From Anthoceros angustus (Eukaryota > Plantae > Anthocerotophyta), in contig MU008169.1 in the NCBI GenBank assembly GCA_010909165.1, forward strand, positions 930,001 to 994,000: a stretch of 64,000 nt of DNA, in the 5' to 3' direction. Below, one piece after another: positions 36,007 to 49,176 of the stretch; the first letter of the stretch is position 1; every line of letters begins with the position of its first letter. The translations under genes and the position numbers were made by a program. Under the pieces are notes generated by a model. That model worked only from the letters and a program-made list of their open reading frames with translations, searched no databases and was not told where the DNA came from.

Positions 36007-37809
36007 TGCCCCTCCCGGCCTTGGTACCACCACAAATTAGCTGATTGGACTCCAAGATCAGTCCGGGGCCACCGAGTCAGGTCCTCGAGCAGCAACAGGG
36101 GCTGCAGCAAGAATTGGCAGAGAATGCCAGGGAAGCAGGGAACAGGGACGAGAGAGACAGGGGGCAGGAAAGAGGAAATGGCAGAGCAGAGCAGAGCAGA
36201 GCAGAACAGAGCAGAGAAGGGAGATAAGAAAATGGGGGCTAGAGGTGGGTAGCTGCTTCACATCACCGTGTGCCCGTCTGCAGAGTGCTAACCTGCGTGC
36301 TGCTCCTGCTGCTGCACAGGCAAAGGCGACCAATGCAGATCGATGCACAGACGAGCATGCGATAAACCTACCTACGCCAGCTCCAGCAGAAGGCAGGATA
36401 AGTCAAATGTGGCCTCACAAGTGCCTGATGCTGCCAAGTAGGGGTTCGTGCGCCATATCTGCTGCCAGCCCCCCTCCCGCTCGCCAAAGTAACGGGGTTT
36501 TAGGTTTTACGGTTTCACACTTACTTCACCCTGCCGCCCACAACTCCCAACTCCCAAATCCAAAGGTTTTCCCAAATCCCAAAATCCAAATCTGTTCCGC
36601 CGCCTTAATCGTTGCGTCCACAACCTCCTCTACCTGGTCTGCCCCTCTCCTCCCTCGCTCATTTTCTCTACCGGCTTTTTTACCATTATAATAAACCTCT
36701 TTCAATCACATAAAATTGTCCATATATTACAATAGTTTGCTGATCACGAACCCATACAACCTCCTCATCAATAGAATAAACCTTTGATAATCATGTAATA
36801 CTACTATCACATTAGTAAATCTCATCAATCATTCCTTGAACTAACAGTCCCAGTCTTATTGTCCAAATGGCTTAGGCCAAATGGCCACTCATTTATAAGA
36901 ACACTCTTGTTGAACATTGTGCGCTTAGATAGGGTGCCTAGAGGGAGTGGATACCTTTGATGCAAGTAGCTTAGACACACCATGATATAAGTTGTTAAGT
37001 ACCAAGTCTTATGACAAAAAAATTCCATTCCAGTCCAAATAGACTGTAATATACTTCTTCTTCTTCTTCTTCTCTCCGTAGTTACATTGTACTCGGAGGA
37101 ATAATAAAGGTATAAAGGTGGGTGGTCTGACAACCACTATCGTAGTCAAGTTTGTACAGAAGAAGCGAGAAATACCAAAGGAATAAAGGTGGGTGATCTG
37201 ACAACCACTATTGTACACAAGAAGCTAGAACCAACGAACTAACGAATAAATGTACTACTTCCATGTGACCAACTACTGTATGTAAATAGTAACAACTACC
37301 TACTGACATTAAGAATTAATGCAATTTAATGATCGGCCCTCGGACCCACCATCATATGTACCTAACTTGTCCCCGTGTATCGAGTTCAAGCTTGAGGGAG
37401 GCGAGGACTTTGTACTCAAAGTAATGACAAGCAACAGTCTGACAACACGAGAATCTCTTGTTGTTGGGAGAGAACATCCAAAAGTATGTATCACATTGGC
37501 TTTGGAGTCGTCTGCACACAGGGATGCATTACTTCCCCGGATAAATGACCCAAACTCTATTGATTGACAATAATCGAACAATGTCTCCACAAGGGAGATG
37601 GTACATGGAGGCCACTTGAAAAAACTCTTCCGCCAGGAAGAGCACATCCCCACGAAGAGAGCTCGGAAGCTTTCACACAATAGAACAATGATAGGACTAA
37701 GTTCCTACATGAGCAAACCTTTTGATGGTGAATAGGCTTTCAACTCACCCCACTCGGACAATGGTTGAGGTGTTTATTGAATATAGCTCGGAATTTTTTG
37801 GGTACATTC

Positions 37810-38406
37810 TTCAGATAGGTCGCTCAATCAGGGCTGACTTGTACTTTGTCCGTGGTGACCAGGTTTCGGTGGCGGACATGGTGGTTACTGTCCCTGCTCA
37901 AGACACCATCTCCGCTCAGGTTATCACTAACCGTCCTGGTTGGGCTGCCACTGGTGTTGCGACTCTCAAGGTCAGAAAGTATAGCGGGATGCAAGCGGGC
38001 CACTTCTTTATTCCGCTCGCACTCGAAACGCATGGGGCAATGGCTACGGACTTCGATCAATTTCTCAAGTCCTGTGCCAAATCCTACCACGCTCGCAAGC
38101 ATGGCGCGGGGTTGTCCCTTTCTTATTTCACAGCTTACTTTCAGACAGCGAGTCCCTTCAAAGGGCCATCTCAACGGCAATTCTTCACAAGGCTGCGACA
38201 GCAAGTGACGCTTCTTCCTCAAGTGACGCTTCTTCCTCTTCCTCCGTCATTTGCAGGCCATTTGTTCGTTCCGCATACGATGTTCAAGGAGCAGTAGGTA
38301 ATTTTAGGTAAGGGCTTAGTCGCTCTTTTTCACCTCGACCCCCGAGGTCCACCTTCATTGTCCCGTGCTGGATGGGGTTTTTCCCATCGTTTTTTCCCTC
38401 AATAAA
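37810..38406 (+). mobile_element. 5'-truncated non-LTR retrotransposon fragment encoding a restriction-like endonuclease (CRE-type)
   Basis: RADL...ADMVVTVP...AA...K.RKY...FIPLALETHG matches the RLE C-terminal motif series. Followed by a short 3' region ending near AATAAA. Confidence 0.75.
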
Positions 38407-39182
38407 ACACAAATCGTTTGATTTGTTTAATCCTAGAACTTTGAGTTTCTCAATATTATTAAAATAATCTGAAACTAATAATAATTTTCAAGGTCTCTAA
38501 TATTGGATTTATGAAAGGGTTTACTGAATGTAATCACTTATTATATACTAAAAACAATTTATTTATGATTAAAAGTGAGATAAAATATAGTTAATAATAT
38601 GCGTCTACCACTTGTTTGCTTGTTGGGAATTGGGCCCATCGTGTTTTCTTTGACCCTTCAAAGGCTGACGTATGAAAATGTTTGAAAGCTTATTGGTCGG
38701 AAGTCTTCCTCGAGACCCTCCGGGATGGAAGAAGGTGGAATGGTTCGCAAATCATGCTCCACGCTTTTTCATGTACATAACATGCAGCATCCCACTCACG
38801 ATGTGGACTGGCAACAACTGTTGGTCACGTTGCTTTTCGGCAACCGTTTGGAAAGATAATCTGATTACAAGGAAAGCGAGGGGTAAAGTGCCCCGGAATT
38901 ACAAAGGAGAAATCCTAGACCCCCCTCCGGGGCCCGGTGGGCGGAATGCGTTTAGCCGGGGTCCTCGGTTGCCTTCGCCTTCACCTTCGCCTCGGGAGGC
39001 TTCCTTTTCCGCACTAGCGTTGCCTGCTGCTGTTGCATCTCCAGCTGTCATAGCGTTGCCTTCGCTGCGGCAGCAGCAACAGCAGCAGCAGCGGCAGCAG
39101 CAGCGCGCCGCATTGCGTCCTTCTGCCTGCAGCCGCGCATCCATGGTTGGATGACACTGCCCGCCGGCTGCTGCGAGGCGGA

Positions 39183-41171
39183 ATGGGGCAACGGGGAGGC
39201 CGCTCCGCCGGTAGGGCCAAGAGGATAGCCTACAGAGGCGTGCTGCCGACAATGCTGGCACTCGCCTTCATCGGGGCGGTCGGCATGCTGTTCGCGGGAG
39301 GCTCGTCTGCGGTGTCGGTAAGGGGACTGGATCTGGGAGTGTTTGATTGATCTTGCGTTTGGGAGCGGCTTGGAGGTTGAGCTTGATGCGAGGTCCGGGG
39401 GAGAAATTTTGAGGAATGCGGGGTTTGTTTGGTGCGGGATTGCGTTGTTCTGGAAGCTGGTTGCTTGGAGTGGATGGATGCTGTGGCTGTGGATGGAGGT
39501 TTTAGGTTTTGGCTTGGCGCTTGTGGCAGGTAGGGAGCTCCGGGGGGATCGATAGGACGCCTGTCACTGCAGAGCACTTGCAGGCGTATATGTCGCGGAC
39601 CTTTTTGGCTTTGAAAACGAAAGTTGATCCCTTAAGGATCAAGGCGGAGCAGCTGTATAAGCAAGGGCGGGAGCAGATCGCTATTGTGAAGGCGTATGCC
39701 GGGGTGGCACGGCGGGGGAAGTTGGATATGATGCGCCAGGTTCGCATCTTTGATGAGCAGGCAGAGAATTATACGGAGCTTATAAGCAGGCCTGAGTTCA
39801 AGGCGTTGCTTGACGCTCCTTTTGTGAACGAGGACGTGTTGCATCGGTTTGAGAGGGAGCTGAAGGAGCGATATAAGTCCACCAGGCAGGCGATAGTGGA
39901 TGCAAGAGAACTGTTCGACAACCAGCTCAAGATACAGAAGTTGAAGGACACTATCTTTCAGGTCAATGACCAGCTCACCAAGGCCAAGAAGTCGGGAGCG
40001 TTTTCCAGCCTTATCGCTGCCAAGTCCATCCCCAAGAGTCTTCACTGCCTCACCATGCAGCTTATGGAGGAGCGGATCTCGAATGCTCACTTGTATGAGA
40101 CGGATGAGCCTCCTCCGGCTGCTTTGGAGGATCCGGATCTGTATCACTATGCCATTTTCTCGGACAATGTGATTGCGGCATCGGTGGTGGTTAACTCTGC
40201 CGTGAAGAATGCTGTGGAGCCGAGGAAACATGTCTTCCATGTTGTCACGGATAAGATGAACCTCGGAGCGATGCAGGTATGGTTCAAGATGCGCCCTCCC
40301 AAGGATGCACACATTGAGGTGAAGGCTGTTGAAGACTACGAGTTCTTGAACTCGTCTTATGTTCCTGTTTTGCGACAACTGGAATCGGCCAACCTTATGA
40401 ACTTCTATTTCAAGATGGAGAACGCCACCAAGGACACAGCGAACATGAAGTTTAGGAATCCCAAGTATCTGTCTATGCTCAACCATCTGCGGTTTTACCT
40501 GCCAGAGATGTATCCGAAGCTGCACAGGATACTCTTTCTGGATGATGACATTGTGGTTCAAAAGGATCTGACGAAACTGTGGGAGGTCGATATGGACGGT
40601 AAAGTGAATGGTGCTGTAGAGACATGCTTCGGATCCTTCCATAGATATGACAAGTACATGAACTTCTCCAATCCATTGATCAGTTCCAAGTTCAATCCGA
40701 AAGCCTGTGGTTGGGCTTATGGCATGAACTTCTTTGACTTGGATGCGTGGAAGAGAGAGAAGAGTACAGAAGAATACCACTACTGGCAGAATTTGGTAGG
40801 TTATCTCCAGCTCACTCAATCTGGCTGCTTTGGAGTAGTGTCTGCTTTCAGCTCTGTTAGTCCTTACGTTCCTTCTCGTGTGTTAACTTCTGCAGAACGA
40901 GAATCGGACGTTGTGGAAGCTGGGAACTCTGCCACCTGGTCTCATCACCTTCTATAGAACAACAAAGCCGTTGGACAAGTCTTGGCATGTACTTGGATTG
41001 GGATACAATCCGAATGTAAGTGCTGACAAAATCAAGAGTGCAGCAGTCATCCACTTCAATGGGAATATGAAGCCATGGCTAGACCTTGCTATGCCTCAAT
41101 ACAAGGACTACTGGACAAAGTATGTGGACAGCGATATGGAGTTTGTTCAACTATGCAATTTTGGACACTGA
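39183..41171 (+). CDS. GAUT8: Galacturonosyltransferase (GT8), GAUT8/QUASIMODO1-like; exons 39183-39317, 39530-40795, 40896-41171
   Basis: N-terminal signal anchor, PKSLHCL, LYHYAIFSDN, MLNHLRFYLP, FLDDD, LWKLGTLPPGL and HFNGNMKPW motifs; phase-0 GT-AG introns. Confidence 0.93.
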
Positions 41172-41807
41172 CCTAGAGATCAGAACCTCGCAAGTCTGCA
41201 GTCTTTCATCCAGTGCTGCACGGCAATTCGACAAGTCGCTGCCGTTTGTCAAGGGGGCCACGTAGGTGGGTCGGGGCCTGATGGCTGAAGTATACTTTGG
41301 TTTCGCTTTGGATTGTCACTCTGTAAAAACCAAATCTGGAAACCCGCCCCTTGGCTGGCTTCCTCTCCGGTTCCCAGTGTCCCTCTCCTTCCCGGACCAT
41401 TCCCACTCGTTTGCGCGTTGGGAGTCCCTAGTGAGGACACCCAGACAGTAAAATAGCTGCTCGCAGGATCAAAGATTTCTCTTCTTTCCATGGACTTTGC
41501 TATTATTGATAGTATTGTCGATGACATTAAAGGGCAAAGGCCTGCCGTGACCTATAATGAGGTCTAATGACTGGAAGAAAGCTTGTTCAACTTGTAGAGC
41601 ACCCGGATTCCAGGAATTCTCAGCTCTAGGGCAAAAGGCCTTGACGAGTTTGTCAGCGAGCAACCACATCGAACGAACCCTGCTTGTCGACGCAGAATGA
41701 GCATCTGGACTGGAAAGGTTAACAATGTGCGATTTGCCGAGGCAACGTACATATTTGAACTACCATTGTTGGAGCGTCTATTCCTGAAGTGCTGTGAAGT
41801 CTCTTTT

Positions 41808-41998
41808 GGTTCCAGCGGTAAAGCCATTCAGATTCGTGTTGTTCCAGCGGTAAAGCCAGATTTGACAAAAAAGAAAACAAACTAAACATGGTCCAGACTC
41901 GTGTGGTTCAAGCGTTAAAGCCAAATTTGACAAAGAAAAAAATAGAAGCGAAACATGGTTCAGACTAGTGGTTCCAGCGGTAAAGCCAGATTTGACGA
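41808..41998. repeat. Short dispersed/tandem repeat (GTTCCAGCGGTAAAGCCA core, 4 copies, ~65-bp period)
   Basis: Copies near 41809, 41841, 41905 (variant) and 41971, at the edge of the low-GC island. Confidence 0.8.
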
Positions 41999-42152
41999 AA
42001 TAAAAGGAAACACGGAAAATTATAAGGAAGTTTGAGAAATTATTTTGCTTGCTTGAATCAAATATTTTGGATCTAGTAAAACAGTCAGAGTAGCTGCGAT
42101 GGTATATACTACATGAAAAATCTTCCTTTTATCATAGTCAGTGGAAGCAAAG

Positions 42153-44300
42153 TTAATCTCGAGGATGTGCTAACATAGATTTACGAGCAATAAGTTTCTG
42201 AATGGTTGTATTACGGCGTCTATTGAGGTCAATAAAACGTAGATTGTCCTTTTCATCCTTTTCTTCATCTTGTCCAAAACTAACACTCTGAGACAAATCT
42301 TCTGCGTTGTCTGAGTGTTTATCTAGTGTAATTGGTTTAGGGGAACTACTATTTCCCTTAGACGATGTTTCTCCATCTTCTGTTTCGTCATCATTTAGCA
42401 GGCGAATATCTGCCCATGGTGTCGGACGTCTGGTATATAATGCACTTCGTGGTTCAGCACTTGCTGCTCTTGGTCGAGAACTAGAGCCTAATCTAGAAGA
42501 TCTAAAAGAGCTTGATGCATTTCGATTGGCCTCACCCGGTCTAAAAGACATCATCTCACTCGGTCTGAAACTCATGGCACTACTTGCTCGGCGAGGTTCT
42601 TCCAAGGATTTTTTTCTCTGCAAAATGGTATAAAAATTTAATTTAATAGAATAAAACTAAAAATAGGTAATAAAACATTAACAATGAGGTTCTAATATGT
42701 AGTAACCGGAGATATATCGCCTTTAACTCCCAAGACACTTTCTTCGGCATGCTTGTGAAGACTTGCATTCCGAGTTGCATTGTTTAGCTCCAACAATCTT
42801 ACCTCCTCTAGCTGATAGTTTCATACCACCTTTGGTGCATATCATATAGGTTTACTCATATAGTAACATTCGTTGTCACTCGCATAGGCAGTACTTGTAC
42901 AATATGAGAAAATTCTATTATCTAACATCTTACTTAGGATATTGGATAAGAAAATACGTCGTTGTGCCGTTGTTTATAAAGCTCTGCTGTTTTCAATTTA
43001 TCTTGCAATAGACGTAATTGAGGGCTTGATTGTCTAATTTGATCTAGAACTCGATCTTCTTTAGCATCATCAGTATCTTGGTCTTCTAGACTTTTAAAAA
43101 ATTGGTCATCCTGTTCTCTTGCAGACTATCCAAAAGCAATGTTGTCGGTATGATTGTAGAAGACTTTTTATTTTTTTTTAAATAATTATAATTGGTTAGA
43201 CATGTCTTACTTACTGAAAAACGTTCTTTTCTAAGCCTTAGGCTTAATTCTCTAGCTTCTTGAGCAGACATTAACATTGACTTCTCTTCCTTCTGCACAA
43301 ACAAATATAGAGTATGCATTAGAAATCCTCAGTTTTTGAACTTATGGATCTCATGTAACTGTCGTATTAAGAGTGATCAAGAATTACTTCTCTTTTTCTT
43401 CGATATACATCAGAAAGATCCATGAATGTGCTTGAAAGATGTGCTTTGTTGTCATCTTTCATGTAGCTGGTTGCATCAACCATGATCATAAGAATTGTAA
43501 CTGAACCATGAACATGGAAAATTACTTCCACTATCACAAACAAGAATTACAATAGATAAGTAAAAACGTTGAATAGAATATTTCAAGAAAGATATTAACT
43601 CAGGGATTGATACTCTTCGTTCTCCAAGTTTGTAGTTTCCCTTTGGCTTCTCTGCAGCTGCACAACATTTTACAAATGTGGTGTCTCTCCTCACAAATTG
43701 GAGATTTATGTATTCTCATGAGTTCATCTAAATTAAAAACGATACCTTTAAAATTTTTGAGGTCCATCCTAAAAGCTTTCAATATATTTATGAAAGCAGC
43801 AGCTGATTGATTTTCTTATTGTTTGTATTATAAAGATCATAAATATGTGTTTTTAGTAACTTCTTCCTCTTAACATTTATGCTTTGAAAACCCATGAAGA
43901 GCTCTACAACATAAGTCATCTAGTGACATCAAAAACCCATCTGTATGCCTATTTATGTGTTGAGGGTCACAGACCCCTCATGAAGCCCAAAGGAAGTAAA
44001 TAGGACTCGAGGGGGCAGTCTCTCATGAAGTCCAAGTTGTTTCAATGTTTAAATGTTAGGGTTGTCCTACCTCTATTTCAAGTATTTAAGTTTGGTGATT
44101 TATTCACAGTAAAAGAACAGATTCTTTTTGAACATATATCTTACCTCCATCTAGAACTTTGGATAGTGTGGATAGGTAGACCTAGGCTACCCCTTCAAAT
44201 TGTACATAAAAGTTTTTTTTTCATCAAACTCATATGCCTTCTTATATGCCACTGGGTAGGCAAACGAGCATTCTTGCTTGGCTCATATGCAAACGTTCGT
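42153..44300 (-). other. Low-GC island with residual minus-strand ORFs, origin unknown
   Basis: Visibly AT-rich compared with flanking genes. One 156-aa S/R- and D/E-rich ORF (42153-42623) preceded by an acceptor-like TTTGCAG, plus short upstream fragments. Confidence 0.35.
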
Positions 44301-46107
44301 AGCACTAAAATAATATAGAAAAAGATAATTTGAGCTGAGTAGAGGCCCGCTATCATATTCTATTTAATTAATCAAAGGCATATTCTCTTTTAAACATCGG
44401 GCGTGTTGGAACGTTGAGAAATTGTGGAATTTGAGAAATTGAGACCTAATATCTTGAAAGGCGAGCGGCAACGGGCAAATGGAAAGGGACGAATGACTCG
44501 TGACTCGTTGGAATGAGAGCGCGCGACGTACGCGAATGTGCGCCATGTGAACCCGGCGAGACGTGGGTGGCCCGCCTGTGATGTACGTGGAATCGTATAT
44601 CCGAGCCTCATGTCGAGCCGGCCGAGCCCCGGGCTTGAGCCTACCAGCTGAACGCCTGTTATGACCGTTGAGAAGGGGTAAAAAGGGCCGTTACCGTGGG
44701 CCGGGCCTTCGTGGCTTCGCTTCCGAACCTGCTGCCGAACCTCGCACCCGGAGGCTCCGCTGCTGTGCGGTGCGCTCAAAGAAAGGAGGAACTTCTTCGC
44801 ATCTCTACCTCCGCCGCCCCGCTCGCTCTTGCTTGCCCGTCGTCACGATCGATTCTTCCATCGCCCGCTCTGGTTCCGGGGTCGCGTTTTTTTCCCGCCA
44901 AACACTTCCTGTACGGCATTCTGCGTCTGCCGCGCCCGGAGGAGCCTCGATCGAATTGCGCTTGTTTTGCGTTCTAAGCGGAGCAGTTGGAGGGAGAGGA
45001 AAGCCGGCGCAACAGCCTGGAGTCGACTGTGAAAGGAGAAAGATCTGACAAGTGTCTTGCAGCCGGCTGGAGTTGAGGAATCTTGAAGCGCTGGAATTGA
45101 GGGGCTTGTTTGCCAATTCGGGAATCGTGCATTCCATTCCCTCTCTCGCCCCCGAGGGGCCAGAGCCGGGTGCATGTGCTGTGAGGAATGTCCCGCTCTT
45201 TCCGCGCCTCTGTCTAGCCTTGCACGCAGGCCAGGTTTTTTATTATCTTGTGTTTAGACTGGCGGAGGGAAGGGCTGAAGGGAAGCACTGTTGAAGGAGG
45301 TCTGAAGAATCAGGTCTCGGATGCCAGGTTGAAGCGGGTGGAGGTCGTGGTTTTTGTGGTTTAGACGGTCGATCTGCATACCAGTTTGGTTGGAGCGAGC
45401 TCCAGGTGTGCGACAGTGGTGATCTTTCTCTCTCTCTTTGTTTTGAGACGAGCTCGGATTGCTTGTGACCCCGTGGGCGCGTGCAAGGGACGAGTGCGGG
45501 TCTCATAATTGTCGGAGTCTCCGTGGCCTCCACATCCCGGGGCGGGGACTGGCTGCTGCAACAGTTTTCACCCCGCGGCGCGCGCCACTGTTGCTGCGTT
45601 CTTTGCTCCCCTCTCCCATCTCTCTTCTTCTTTCCTGCGATCTGCCTTTGAGTAGCAGCATTTCCTGCTCCGCTGCTGTTTTTGGTTGGAGTGGGGGCAG
45701 CGCACCACGATGGCCGTCGCGGGACGGCTCTCCTAGGATGGAGGTGGAGAGTAGCCGCTACAAGCAATGAATGCTGTTTAGGTTGGTTTGGGACACCTGC
45801 AGTAGTAGTATGGTACAGGTTCTTTCGAGGCTCATCTCTAAGATCCGGAATTTTGTTTTGTTGGACGTTTGTTGTGAGCGGGGATTCGGTTCAGGGGAAA
45901 AAATTTGAGGTAGTACTGCTGTCGTCGCTCAGGGTTGGCTCTTGTGTCTTCTCTTCCGATCTGAGAGTGGATGAGGGAATTTTGAGGACAAGCTGCAAGG
46001 ATCTGCTGGACATTCTGTTTTAGCCGGGCAACAGGCAGGGGTGCGTGATCTGCTATCATGGAGTAGCTGCTAACAACGTGCAGATACACGAGCTAGTGTT
46101 TTGCTGT

Positions 46108-48723
46108 ATGGCAGCAGTGAGGAGACCATTTCACGCTACGACCAATCATACCATTCTTTTGGGCCCGGTGCCATCAAATCTGAAAGGCACGGAAAGCCAA
46201 GATTATTACTGCTGGCTGAGGAATGCGTCAGAGGGAGGGTTTCCCAATGGCCTCACCTCGCAGGGAACGCTTGCTCGGAAAGATCAGGCGCAATTGGTTA
46301 GTTCTGGAGAATTTGGTGGCAGGGAGAACTTGGAATATCAGTATATGAGACCGCGGATACGTGAAGACTTACTGCCGCACGATTTCTCCAGATGGAGAAA
46401 CACGCCTGATGGCTCCGTGTCCCCCAGGACTACAAGCTTCAGCCCGGAACGAGATCATGGGAATTTTCAACAATCTTCTGCTATGCAGTCCTCTGTCACC
46501 AAGTCTCCAGAGAGAATGCGTTCTCCGAGTGCTTCTGTAGGATCCTCACCTTTGAGAAGTAGGTTTGCAGACGTTCTGAAGAAATTCCACCCTTCAAACG
46601 GCCCAGTCGCTGAGCAAAGCGGGACCAACCAGGCTTCGGGGCAGATTACCGCGGCTTCTGACAGATTACGAGGCCAAGCGCTGTCAGCAGAGCCCTTCTC
46701 TGGAGGCGCATCGAGCGTGGGCGAGACTGTGGATAGTGTGGAGGAGGACATTGATTCGTTAGAACCTGAAGAGGAAAGGGAAGAACAAGAAGAGACTCCT
46801 TCAATGGCAGCAGTCAGGGGTCGTGGCAGTGGCGTCGTAGACCAGACGCTGTATCAGAACCTTGTGGAGATGATCCCTTTGATGGAAACCTTCATGGTTG
46901 GTGACAGTTCAGAAGAGTGATACTGCTGTAGGCTTGTTTAGTCTTTTGTCTGCCGATGCTATGTCCTTCCTCATTTTGAAGTACAGTATGACTTGCGTGC
47001 CTCATTTCTGTCATAACCTCTCCATCCTGATAGGTGGCCTGTTTCCCCAGGCTTATCGACATAGTTTTGTTCAGAGTCTGTGTTGCTACTGAGTATCTTA
47101 GGGTCCAATGCCATGACATATTTGAAAATGCAGGACCAACAAGGTGGCCGCAGCTCCTTCTTGCATCGTGCATCGTTAGTATATACTCCGGCACCATCTC
47201 GCGATCCACAACCTCGGAAGGTTAGTCACAATGTGGTTGCCCCGAATGTCAGCTTCTGCAACGTCATTCTGATGCTCTGGGCCCAAAGATGTCTTGAACA
47301 AAGAAAATATCCAGTTGGGTAGACTAGTAGCTTACTGAAGTGGATTTCCTGATGTGCAGCAGGCTGTAGAAAGCCCCACGAAAATCAAAAGGCCATATCC
47401 CCTAAGGCGTGCTTCTCTCATCAGCAAGCATGTAGATCCTAAAGATGGCAGTCCAAGGTGGGAAGAGAGCGAGAATATTCTTCGTCGTGTGGAGGGTGAT
47501 GGATTGGAAGAAATGCAAACAGGCTACGGGAATGCTTACCAGTTCCCCGGCGATTTTGGAGATAGGTCGGAAGTATTTTTTCTGCAGAGCCAGATAGATG
47601 ATTTGAGAAGGCAGCTGCTGGAGAAGGATAATCTCCTCCAATTTGCTCAGCAAGCTCAGCATCAAGCACAGCAAGCAATGCAGGATGCTGCTACTCAAGC
47701 TGATATGAACAGGCTACAGTCCACAATTGACGGGTTACAGCAGGAGTTGTGGGAAAAGGACCGGGTTGCCCAGTCTGCCCAGTCTCATCTTGCAAATAAG
47801 CAGGTTATTGGCTATCCGTCCCATGTTTGTTTGTTTCCTGTTATTTCTTGTATCCAGCGTTGCTGTATTTTACGTTTGTGTTCCATATGACCCTTTTGTA
47901 TACATCGTGTCTGTCTTCGGTTTATATGCGTGTTCAGAAGGCAATTGTTGTCGGTCATCATGCCTGTTCCGAAGATTACGGCTCTGGTCATGACGCAAAT
48001 CGGCTTCGTGCGGTTTCTCACATCCCATGGCTTATCTGTGTGTGGCTTCTCTTCATGTAACACAGGATCAGGTTGCTGAGATGCAGCGCCTGCTTGCGCG
48101 ACTCGAGGCCAAACACCACTCACAAAATGACCAGGCAGCAAAGCGTGAGGAGGAACTGAATGCACTTCGGTGCCAGGTCGCCGCCTTACGCTTCCAGCTT
48201 GAAGCTGCTTACCAACATGAATCCCAGAGATTAGAGTCATTTGGCTTGGCAGACAACGCCACGAGTGAGGAGCGTTCGGACACTCAGTCGTTGGCAGTAT
48301 CCTCATCTGATGCTTCTTCCTCTGAACAGGTGAACCAATTCACCGAATATTGTATAGAGGGAATTGTTTATCTGAAGCTGTTCGAAGGGAGTCTTGATTG
48401 TTGACAAATCCATTGTGTGGGTGCAGGATCTGGGCCAAGCTCGCGATCAACATGGTTCAGCCTCCACGTCCGGAGCCACCTCGGCCACTTCACACAGTGA
48501 CGGATCAGTCGTCCTCAGACAAGAGTATGAGAAGATGGAAGTTGCACGAAAACAGTATCTGGCTGCTATCATTGCCGCAAGGGAAAACCCCAGCGACGAA
48601 GCATTTGCGCTCGTAGCAGAGCTTCGCTTGCAGTTGCAAGCTTTCTTGACACGGCCGTCGTTCTCCTGTGTAGCCGGTACTCAAGACGCAACATTGGGTG
48701 CACTTTGGCCGGCAGCTGCCTAA
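46108..48723 (+). CDS. MBP2C: Microtubule binding protein 2C (MBP2C/MPB2C)-like; 5 coding exons, start codon uncertain
   Basis: VDQTLYQNLVEMIPLMETFM-DQQ...SSFLHRASLVYT, long coiled coil, and KMEVARKQYLAAIIAARENPSDE...RLQLQAF C-terminal motif. Introns at 46897-47133, 47221-47362, 47804-48065 and 48330-48426. Confidence 0.85.
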
Positions 48724-49176
48724 GGGAAGGGACAAAGGACTTTCATATGACTGAGCATCCACCGCCCTTTGTCTGGTTACTTTTTGAGTAGTTCTTCACA
48801 GGTTCCTCCCTTTAAAGGAAAGAGCTGAAGCTTTGTACTGCTTGTGCCAGAAGCATGCCTGTCGGCAAGCTGGCAGGGGGCGTGAGAAGCTCTTTCATCT
48901 CTTCCGAGGTTGCTAGCAGGTAGTGGCGTCTTGGACTTTGTGTATATACATACACGTGAACCGTTTTTCTTGGCCGTGTGCTTCCACCTTTCTCGTTGTT
49001 GTACTCTAGAGAAACATCCTCGTTTAACACACATGGAACTGTACTCAACAAATAAGCTCGTTGTATTGCCAATACAAGGCGCGTTCACCAGATTTACTCT
49101 TAGTACCGTCCTTCCCAACAGCTTAGTCCGATGAAATGACTTCCAGGGAATGGGAGGCTATTACCAGCTTCGGCAA

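Noticed and set aside
39632-40819. 395-aa antisense ORF
   Set aside because: Shadow of the GAUT8-like exon; no domain features.
42153-44300. Specific call as an endogenous rhabdovirus or giant-virus gene
   Set aside because: No recognisable viral motif or gene-junction signal, and stop density is compatible with chance.
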